Below are positions 23,999-34,715 of a stretch of 64,000 nt of DNA, piece by piece. Each line of letters starts with the position of its first letter. The stretch's first letter is position 1. This DNA is from Azolla caroliniana (Eukaryota; Plantae; Polypodiophyta), in NCBI GenBank assembly GCA_043228905.1, contig JBHGNT010000006.1:12586001-12650000 (forward strand), written 5' to 3'. The notes below the pieces were generated by a model. That model did no database searches, was not told the origin of the DNA, and was given only the letters and a program-made list of their open reading frames with translations. The translations under genes and the position numbers were made by a program.

Positions 23999-26900
23999 AT
24001 GGATGACTAGATCAACGCACGACCTAGTTACAGATCGAACTCGACGCCTTGCCGAAAGGCAAAGGAGACGTGAGGCTTTCCAACAAGAGGCGTAGGAAAT
24101 TAGAGCGGATCGCTCGTTTTCCAACGTAATCCGGAGAGTAGCGGAGGACTCCCTCTGGTTACTGCAAACATGGCACCCGAACGACGACAGCAGCCTAAGC
24201 AGCCTCTGGGAAACCAAATCCCTTATCCAGGCGTTGGCAAACGGAGAAGGCGAAGCAGAAGCCTTTTCAGCATATGAATCGGATTTCGAAGGGGAATACA
24301 ACGTGCACACGAACTACCGTAGCAGCAACAAACCCCGGGCGAACCGGAGGACGAAGGATCGGACACCTTACCGAAACTGGAACCGGAATTGCTAAGGCTA
24401 GAACCTCCGGAACTAGTAGAGGAAGAGCGACCTCCGACACCGGAAGTCGAGGAGGAGAGGCCTCCTTCACCAAAAGAAGAGGAAAGACCACCGACGCCAG
24501 AGAAAAACCAGGAACGACCACCAACACTGCCAGCTCGCGCACCGATACCAGACGACGACATGTCATTCCAGTACTCCAACTATAGAGATGATCCGGACGC
24601 AGAAGCTCATGTTCACGCCTTTGAACAAACATGGGAAGCAAACCATGTATCCCAACGATTGACCCTAGAAGAAGAGGAACGCTCTAAGATAGCAGAATTT
24701 GGCGTCACATTGGAGGGACCGGCAGCGAGATGGCGCCGGACGCAAGACCCGTCTACCATCACCACCTTCGTAGATTTAAAAGCTAAATTCTTGTATTTTT
24801 TCCAAAAGGAGGTGGACCAGACAGTAATGGTGGGCTTATTTTATACCATCTGACTGGAGGCAAGGGAGAGCATTCCCCAGTTTGTCATCCAGTTTCAACA
24901 GATGCATAGTCAGCTTGCCCGCGCACCCCCGGAGGAGGAATTACGGACTATATTCCTAAATGCGCTCCGGGAACCCCTACGCACGGTTTGCACGGTAATT
25001 GACTTCCGCATAAGTACCATCGACCAGGTCATTGACCGGGTGAGGGAGATGGAAAAGACAAGCTCCTGGCTCACACTGGAAGCACTCCAACGGGCGTTAC
25101 CGTCCGATGACGACCTCCGGTTTCGGCAAGCAATACAGTGCACAACCTGCTTGAATTCCGGACACTCGGCACTAGAATGCACTATGAGGACGCAATGTGT
25201 AATCTGTCAATCCAAGGGCCATACGGCGGATAGGTGCGAGTATAATCTATTGAACCGGCAAGCACCACCCGTCCGAAAAATAGAGCCACGCAACAGCCGG
25301 GATGAGGAAGAGGAACGCTGGCGGCGAATGGACCGCGACTGACCGGCACAGGATGTCTGGTATGGTGATCGACGGGAGAATGATGTTTGGTACGGTGATC
25401 AGCGGGATAACTACGACCGGCATGATAGATATGATCGGTACCGGGATTACAATAGACGATACGAACATTACGACCGGGAGCACTCCCCCGAGTATCGTCA
25501 GCAATGGGAGGAATACGGCAGATATAACGACCAACCTCATCAAGACTACCACAATAAGAAGAACTATAACAAAAAACGGCATTTCAAAAAAGTCAGCTAC
25601 CCACGGGATTCGGAACAAGGAGCTTCAAGCAGCCAACCGACCCAAAACCCCGCGCTTACCACAGGACCGGCCTCGGGTACAACAGACAATGTTGAATCCA
25701 GCAATACCCGGAAAGCCTACTGCTACTACTGCCGACAGGAAGACCATTATAGTAATCAATGCCCGACGAAGAGCTATGACAAACGACCGACAGTAAATAT
25801 GGTAGTCCCTGAAGTGGCAGATCTGCAGCAGGTGACCACAAGGTCGAAGGGCATGGCCAAGGAATGGGAGACGCAGGAGACCATCCAGAAGCAAGCGACG
25901 GAATGGGTGAAGAAAGCAAACGAGCAAAATGTCATAGACTTACAACAACAAAAGGAGAACACTGTAGGGCTTGCCGGCGGCAGTCACTCCAACAACGAGA
26001 CATGGCAGGCATTGCAAGAATGCTAGATTACACTACCACTAGGAAGACTCCTACAGCTCGTGCCGAGATTCACGGAAGGACTGAAGACAGCCATGACGGG
26101 AGGAGAATCACCGGCACCAGTACTCTTCTCGAATCCGGAGGAGGGACCAACAGTGGTGGACACCAATAGTCCGGTAATTACTACCATTGTAAAAGGGAAA
26201 GAACTCCCCGGCACAGTAATAGACGGAGGCTCCAGGGTGAATGTAATAAGCCTCCGGACGTGTGATGCCCTGGGAATCCACGAGTGGGAGCCGTGTCGAT
26301 TCTGGTTACGGATGGCCGATACAAGCTCAGTGCGGCCGACAGGATTAATACAGAAATTAGAAGTCACCGTGGGCGGTCATACATTTCACATCTCGGCAGT
26401 AGTGTTACAATTACAGGCGCACGACGCATACCCACTATTTGTTGGGGCGGCCGTGGTTGAAAACGGCACATATCAAACAGAATTGGAGGAAAAATATAAT
26501 TACCTTCCGGCGAGGAAAAGCCAAGGTACGGGTACCAACACAGCCAAGGACAAGCACTGGCAAGGAATGTACACCGTTGTATGCAGAGTGCGTCAACATG
26601 CTAGAAGGGTTAGCTGACGAAGAAGAAGCTCAGTACTTGTAGGAAAACCCGAAGATCATACCCCTCTTCGAAATTGACATTGCCGAAGCAGTAGCGCCAT
26701 ACTTACTGCAGCCGGAAGAGGCTGAAGCAGAACCGGATAAAGACGCAATCCGAGAGTTACGGCAAGCGCAGGAAGCGTTGGAACGGGAAATGGCCGTTTC
26801 ACAGCGCGTAAAAGCGTCGCAACTTGAAGAGGTGAACCTAGGGACCACAGACGAAGCAAAACTGGTGCACATCGCCAAGGAGATGAAGTCCGAAGACAAA

Positions 26901-29807
26901 ACGGCGATGATCACACTTCTCACAGAATTTCACGATGTGTTCGCCTGGTCATACGAAGACATGCGAGGACTCGACCCTCAGTTATACCAACATCAGGTTC
27001 ACTTGAGCAAGGACACACAACCAGTGGCACAAAGACGGTACCGGATGAATCCCAATTATGTCGCCAAAGTCAAGGAGGAAATCGACAAACTGCTAAGAGT
27101 TGGCTTTATCCGTCCGGTAAAGAAAGCGACATGGCCGAGCCCGATTGTAGTCGTACCGAAGAAGAACGGAAAAATTCGAGTTTGTGTGGACTACCGGAAA
27201 CTCAATGCGGCTACGGTAACGGATGCATTTCCACTTCCGTTCACAGATGGAGTGTTGGATGCCGTCGCCGGCCATGAGGTCTATAGCTTCCTAGACGGAT
27301 TCAGCGGGTATAATCAGATCCGGATGCACCCCGACGACCAAGAGGAAATGGCTTTCGTCACCGAATGGGGGGTGTTTGTGGCCGTGGTGATGATGTTCGG
27401 ACTCAAAACGGCACCGGAAACATTTCAACGAATCATCATGGAAATCTTTGGTGAATATATCCCGGCTTTTATGCAGGTTTTCCTTGACGATTTCGCCGTC
27501 TATAACCGGGAGGAGGACCATTTTCAGCACCTCCGTCTTTGTCTAGAAAAGTGTAGAGCGTACCGGCTAAGCTTGAATCTAGCAAAGTGTGTATTTGGCG
27601 TGTCCAGTGGAACCTTATTAGGACATATTGTGAGCCAGGAAGGTATTGCAGTCGACCCGGACAAAGTGAAAGCCATATTAGAAGAATCGGCGCCAGCAAC
27701 GGCAAAGGCATTGAGCCGGTTCTTAGGCCAGATCCGGTGGCACAGCCGGATGCTCCGATACTTGGCCGACCTGACTACACCGTTGCATGCCGCCGTACAT
27801 CGGACACCATTCCAGTGGACCGACACCGAGGATAGGGCGTATAGGGCCCTCAAGGTACTATTGTCGCAAGCACCAGTAGTGCAGCCTCCGGATTGGAGTA
27901 AAGAATTTCATGTGTTCGTGGACGCCTCCGACATCGCAATCGGAAGTGCATTGATGCAGCTTACGGAGCCAAAGTGGTACCGGCCAGTGTACTATGCCAG
28001 CCGAAAGCTATCCCAAGCGGAACGGAATTACTCTACCACGGAACGGGAAGCTCTAGGGATGATCTACAGTGTGACAAAGTTTCGGCATTATTTATTGGGA
28101 AGGAAGTTTTCCTTCCATGTAGATCATTTGGCACTCCTTTACCTGGTGTCCAAGGCGTCACTCACTAGTAAGTTGGCCCGGTGGACCTTACTGTTACAGG
28201 AATTCGAGTTTGAAACATTCCACCGACCCGGTATACAACATGTCGTGGCAGATTACTTAAGCCGATTAGAGTCCGGAGAGACGGGTGACGGAGTAGCGGA
28301 CGAGTTTCCGGATGCAGAGCTGTTTCAAGTCACTACAGAAACGGCAGCAGATGAGACGGTGGCACAGGAAGACAAGTGGCTCACAAATATGCACCAGTTT
28401 CTGAGCATAGGACTGCCTCCGGAAGAGATGAACCGGGACGAAAGGAAATGCCTGGCGGTGCAAAGCTGACATTTCTGCTTACTGCAAGACACACTTTACC
28501 ACAAGGGCACGGATGGCATATGGAGACGAGCTGTGCGCAGCGATGAAAAGGACCTCATACTGAGGGAAGCCCACTGCGGAGTTGCCGGAGATCACTATGC
28601 CGCATATGCGACGGCCAGGAAAATATGGCAAAGTGGCCTATGGTGGCCAACGACATTAAGAGATGTTGTACGGTACGCAAAAGAATGTGACCTATGCCAG
28701 CCAATGGGCCAGCCAACGGAGCAGGCTCGGATGCCACACCAGCCTGTACTACCACTCGAACCATTCCAGAAGTGGGGGTTGGACTTTGTTGTCCACCGTT
28801 CAAACCATCAGCAATAAGAACAGGTAATCGGTACGTCATCGTCGCGACAGATTACTGCACGAAATGGGTGGAGGCCAAAGCCTTAAGAGACAACACTGCT
28901 GCGTCAACGGCAAAATTTTGTATACGAGTACATCTGGTGCCGTTACGGATGCCCAATCGAATTAATAAGCGACCAAGGGGAACTCTTTCTCAGCCAAGTA
29001 GTTGAAAGCCTGATGACATTCTATGCCATTGTCCATAAACGGAGCACACCATACTATCCGCAAGCGAACGGGTTAGGTGAACCGACGAACAAAACGCTCC
29101 AGAATATCCTCCGGAAGATCGTCAACGAAAACCGAACGGATTGGGATACCAAGCTACATAGCGCGCTTTGGGCATACCGGACAACATACAAAACGAGCAT
29201 CCGGACAACACCATTCCGGTGAGCGTTCGGACTAGAGGCGGTCATGCCGGTGGAATTCCAAGTACCAAGCTTACGGATCCAGCTATGGGAACGGCTGAAC
29301 GAGAAGGAGTTGGAGGCAATACGGTTAACAGCGCTATGTGAACTCGAGGAACAACGACTGGCAAGCATCCTGCATTTAGAATTGGAACAACGGCGACGGA
29401 AAGCATTTGTTGACCGGCACAGGAAAGGAAATGAAAAAGTGTTCGCAATCGGCAAGCTGGTGTTAGTATTTCAGACCCGGATGGGCAAGATGCCGGGTAA
29501 ACTACGGTTTAGATGGACAGGTCCGTATTGGCTGACACATGAGTATAATGGCTCCTACCAGTTAGGGACACTTGCCGGCGAAGTGTTAGGCAAATGGGTC
29601 AACGGATTCCGATTGATGCCATATAGAGGACCAATGCCCAAGAACCCATTTGAGCAAAGGACCGACACCGGTGAGGAAACGGCAACCTATGATGGGAACG
29701 GCAACCACCAAGACGGAGGAGACGGCAAGCCGGTAACAGGGGAGAATGAGGCGACGGTAAACTGTAATGAGGCCGGTAAGGGTCCGAGAGGACCAACGGA
29801 AAACTAA
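23999..29807 (+). pseudogene. gag-pol (Gag with 3 CCHC knuckles, protease, RT, RNase H, integrase), disrupted
   Basis: VIDGGSRVN protease; RT LDGFSGYNQ, MMFGLKTAP, VFLDD; RNase H VDASD..YYASRKL..EREAL; integrase HHCC and PQANGLGE; a few stops and frameshifts. Confidence 0.92.
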
Positions 29808-30189
29808 CCTCACACCAAAAATTTAAAAAAGAAAAAAAGAAAAAAAAGCGAAGTAATCATGCAAAAGTGAGGTATGAATGGACGAGAGAGCGAGGAGCGA
29901 AAAGGTACGTAGTGGGCATTTAAGCACCACCACAAGACATAATGCTATTTTAGTACACGACGTGCACACACTCGAAAAAGGCGCCAGAATGCGAAGAGAA
30001 AAACCATTGCGCGTGGAGACCCTCTACTTTCGCGAACCCAGGAGCACAGAAGCACCAAGGCGCTGGAAGATCATCAGACGAGAACCTACGCACAGAGAAC
30101 CCCCGCCTTCCGAACTCTCTCTCTCTCACTCTCACTCTCACTCTCATCACCAGCCAACCTCGCCACCACAATCCAACCTCGACACAGAC

Positions 30190-32727
30190 ATGGACCCGCA
30201 AACGTTGTCGGAAGCCACTAAGAAATGGCTAAAGCAACACGGGCTCGAGGGCTTCTTGACAATTATGGAGGTACCGCCACACAAAGAAGCCGACAAGGTG
30301 ATCAAAGAAATCGACACAGAGGTCATAACGGATGAGGCGATCCGTGCGTTAACAGGCCTTCCGGAGGGAGGCATATTCACGATTGACAATCCGACCTCGG
30401 AGCAACTCATCAAGTATTTTGGTGAGTACTCCCTAGCCAACAAGGGCTACCTGACACAGGGCGGCGGAGATATGTTGTTCCGCAAGATTGCCCATGTGCT
30501 CCACGAATACGGCCATGTGTACCCTAGACCCCCTGTCATGCCGCAAAACCGAGCAGGGATGATCATCGCCACCTATGAAGGGATCAAGGTGGATTGGCTG
30601 GTATTGATCGCAGATGGTTTGTGTGCGGCGATCGAGATCGTCAGAGGAAATGAAGGCAAAGAAGGCTGAGAAGGACGGAGGATATGGCACGCAGTCACGC
30701 AGTGGCTCACCTTGCTTGTGCAACCCGTCCAGCCCGTCCAGCCCAAGAAGCGGGGAAGAGTGGCGGACGGCACCCCAAAGACGGCTTCCAAAAGAAAACA
30801 GTTGTTGGCTTCTAAGGCCACTAAGGGAAGGCCGGCGGATGCAGAACAGGCGGGAAAGGAGAGCGCCAGCCCGAAGCGGCCAACGGATGCGCAGGAGGAA
30901 CCACTGGTACGGCCCGTAAAGGTTACACTCCGCTGAACGATGAATAGAGAAGCGGGCCCCTTGGCGGCAAAACTCAATGCTGGGACTCACGAAGAGGAAA
31001 TAGAGGAGGAGCCTACGGAGCACCTCCAGCGACGGTCGTCGGCAAGGACCGTTGAGGCAGCCGGGAAACGTTCGAACCCTCAGACGAAGGGAACACCGGC
31101 TCCCCATACTGAGACTCCCACGCCAAGGGAGGAACCGGAACCAGTGCGCACGACACCGGAATCAGAAGCCCCTGGACCATCGGCAGCACCGGCAAGTCCC
31201 ATTCCGCCAGAGCCGGAAAGGTCAATACAGCCTCCCTCGGCCAACCAAGAAGAAGCGCAAGGGGAACCAGGACAGCAGGGTGGTCCACGGGCAGAAACGG
31301 AATTGCAACTCGGCGCAATCAGGCCGGACCACCCATCTACAAGCGGTGACTCCGGTAAGTGTATAGAATAAAGAAACAGATCAACCTGTACATACCAATA
31401 AGACCCCGGCAACGGAAACCGTTCCAGAGAGAGATGCGGCGCAAGCCCAGGAGCTTGCGGAATTGAGAGATGAACTTGCCGCACAAGAAGCGCTAAGGAG
31501 CCGAGAACGAGAATTGAAGGCAGCGGTCGAAGCAGAATTAAAGAAGACTGCTGAGAACCTCCGATGGGCAGAGGAGAGCCTCCGGAAAGGCCATCAAGCG
31601 TACGACCGACTAAGGGAGGAAAAAGACAAAGTGCTGCAGGAAAAGGACAAGTTGTGGAAGACGGCGGAAACGGAAATTGAACGGCTAAAGGAAGAGCTCC
31701 GCCAACAGAAGGACCGCGAGGACCGGGCCCGTTGACAGATCAACACACGGCTCAAGCAAAAGATAGATGATTTTGAGCACCTGCACCGGGACTACAAACG
31801 GTTGGAAACGGAGCATAAGGAACGGATGGCCGAGCTCCAGCAGGAAGTTGATTGGGCCGCAACGGCGATCGCCGACGAACGTGCAAAAAATACACGACGG
31901 TTGGACGAGGCGGAGAAGGTCCGGATGGAGCTCCAGAGGCAGCAGCAGGAAGAAAAGGAGAGAGCGTCAACGGTATTGCAGAAATTACAAAGCACATATC
32001 AAAGGCAATTGATGCATTATAAGGAGCAGGCGGAAGACAACGTCAAAATCATCAAGCAATTGAAGGAGGAATGGCAAGCGGCGGAGATCAAATCGCAATT
32101 GGGAACGGGCCGGATTCAGTGCATCCTCCGGGCATGGTTGAATCAGACAAAACGCTTGATTGACGAAAGCTCCGTAAGATGGTGGACAAAGTGGGCACAA
32201 AATGCGGCGGAACTCCAATTGCTACGGGCAGACGTGGCAAACCGGCGGAAGGAAGGAGATGATTGTTATACGTTGACTTCCGAGGACTTCACCGCCATAC
32301 GGGACGAGCTGGCCGACGACTTCCAAGTCCTGGCGAATGAACAGCTGGCGCAGGTCCGGCAACTCGTAGCTCAGCTAGACGATGATAGGCTGGACGCTCA
32401 AATCCAGTTTGAAAGCTACGAGCGGTCCCGGGTTCATGAAGAAAAAGCACAGGAAGTGACAACGGTTAACCTTAGTGATGAGGAACCGTCGTCGGCCGAG
32501 GGCCAGGCCGGAACCAGTCAACTAGAGACCACTACGACGGAGGGAGTAACGACGGAAACGCCGGTGTAAGAGCAACAAACGGAGGAGCAGCCGCAGCAGC
32601 CACCAAAGGACCCGTCGCAACAGCCATCAACAGAGCAGCAACCACAACAACAACAACAACAACCAATTCCAGATGAACCATTGGAGACTCTCGAACAAAG
32701 CATTTTGGATATTTTGGACGAAGAATA
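30190..32727 (+). pseudogene. Accessory 3' ORF (helical N-domain, P/E linker, coiled coil), fragmented
   Basis: ORF pieces 29878-30669, 30712-31371, 31463-31735, 31802-32569; homologous to 37069-39736. Confidence 0.75.
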
Positions 32728-32741
32728 GCAAGGGTCGGATG

Positions 32742-32781
32742 GTGGATTCGACGTACAAGGTACTGTCCCACGGGCGTGCCA
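32742..32781 (+). other. tRNA-Arg 3'-end-like structured motif in place of the PPT
   Basis: gtggattcgac-gtac-aag-gtac-tgtcccacgggcgtgcca, 2 nt before the 3' LTR; homologues at 16370-16409, 39741-39781 and partial at 1123-1131. Confidence 0.85.
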
Positions 32782-34715
32782 TGTGTTACCGACCGGCAAA
32801 GGAGTCCAGAGTGTGAAATGAAGGAGTTATTTAATTATTAGGAATGGTTGTATGTAAGCTATTAGTAGTGTGGACGGACGGACCGGAATCGGTATGCCAT
32901 TCCGGATCCGGACCGATCCCGAACAGGTGCGGATGGCACCGTTTTGTACTACAGACCAGAAACTTATTTAAAGGCCCGGATACAATGTAATGAGCAGCGA
33001 TTAATTAATAAAGCTTAGTGTTGTTATCTCTCTGTGTTAATTTCCATTCTGCATTCATTGTTATATCTTACGCGTGTGAATATTAAGGACGATCTTGCTA
33101 AGTAACCTAATTAAATCGGATTAATCGTTGAGCCTAATCTTGTTGCCGTAACACCCCTTTGGTGAAGTGTCTTCCGTAGACACCCTGTGTTAGGCCATTG
33201 TCTGGCCCTAAGAGTTATCAGTCTCTTGTCCCCGAATTGAACCGGCAACCAAAGATCTTTAACCACGAGCATGTCCCTCATCTTCAACTTCCACACTGAG
33301 TACTTGGAACCGGTGAGCTTGAACATGTCTCCCAACGAATCTTCCATTTTCTGTGTCATTTCGCTCGAATATCAATTTGTCGAGAATATGTGGAATAATG
33401 CTCGGCCACAACCGAGTCTTCAATCGCTTCATTGAGAATTACAAACACAGCCGTGGGAATGTGGAGATAGATGATACATATACACAAACACTGAAAGAGA
33501 GTGTACACAGTATGTTAACGTGGAAAACCCTAAATGGGAAAAACCACGAGAGCCCATGGACTCCAAACTATCACTATGTCAAAGAATACAACAGAGGGCA
33601 CAGAGGCAACGACCTCGTGCTCACACTCTTCGCCTAGTGGTGGTTACAACAGAGAATCACTCTGTATCTCTCTCTCTCTCTCTGCTACGCTCTGTACAAC
33701 AGTTACACCAATAACTCTATACAACAGAAAAAATGACAACACAATGATACACACACAAAGAAGTTTGCCCTAGGTCATATTTATACTAATATGACTTTCG
33801 GGCTATTTACAAATATAGCCCTAGTGGGCTCTCTAGAACATATTTACATATATGTCCCTTCATCCAGTTCTCCCCGGTTCTTCCGTTGCCGGGTACTCAT
33901 ATCCCATCTGGAGGGACCGAAATCCTAACACAAAGATCCTGGTAGTTAGTCACTTGTGTGGGCCATAGGGCCGGAAACTGTCTCCGTCGAAGGTAGAGGC
34001 CATCTGGGCAATGAAGGAAGAGTGTCAGTCGGTCACGGAAGTCCAACGGTTCTTGGGGGCATGCACCATCTACTACATTTGGATCCCCTCTTACACGCAC
34101 ATTGCCGAGCCGCTCCACGGGTTGCTGAAGAAGGGACATAAATTCAACTGGGGTGAACAACACACGGAGGCGGTCTGGAGAGTGAAGGAAAAGTTGATGG
34201 CTGCACTGGCTCTTTGGAAAGTGGTATACAAGGCGGATACTTTGGTTTACATGACCGTAGACACAAGTCCGACCAGAATCAGATGGGTGGTTAATCAAGA
34301 AGACGAAGAAGGCGTGCAATTCCCCATTCGGTTCTGTGCAAAGCGAACTTTGGGGTATCGTTTCGGCGGCCAAGGCCGATAAAGACTACTTGATCGGGAT
34401 GAAGTCATAATTGAGACGGACTACCTACCGATTCTCGACTCCAGATCTAGCGATGCTCAGGTGGATCATGTACATCAAGTCCTTGAATCCGGAGATACGA
34501 GACATCTCCAAAAAGGAAAACACCATGGCTGATATGCTCTCAAGAGCACGGTTCGAGAATGAGGAAGACATAGTGTCGGAAGACGAGGATGTCAGCTCGA
34601 ATGTCGGCGAACAAGTGGAGCACTCCGACCCTAAATGAGTTCGACGAGATTCACTACGAAGCGGAGTGGCTCCCAATCGGCAGGTTCCTAAGCATGATGG
34701 CGCTGGACACGGTCT

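Larger units (their letters stand above)
23513..33220 (+). mobile_element. Full-length Ty3/Gypsy non-chromovirus (Arg PBS) with extra 3' ORF
   Basis: 437-bp LTRs 23513-23949 and 32784-33220 (approx. 4% divergent by eye); TSD GTCTC; PBS tggcgaccac 23957-23966. Confidence 0.95.
19941..33930 (-). mobile_element. Ty1/Copia family A element (3' part deleted), interrupted by a Gypsy
   Basis: LTRs 33378-33930 and 19941-approx.20330 (truncated); TSD cagag/caaag; gag, protease (WVVDSGAS), integrase (NGLAERMNR) and RT (LLYVDD) fragments at 20334-23512. Confidence 0.88.
18446..34715 (+). mobile_element. Trp-family-like Gypsy RT/RNase H remnant split by insertions (pieces 18446-19075, 19814-19940, 33931-34715)
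   Basis: Pieces are collinear with the RT at 5400-6900 (PQGGTNSV, FLDD, ILVV.HLCGP, LAMLRWIMYIKSLN). Confidence 0.8.

Noticed and set aside
32742-32781. Motif is just the PBS of an oppositely oriented element
   Set aside because: It lies inside an element with matched direct LTRs, a TSD, plus-strand gag-pol and its own 5' PBS.
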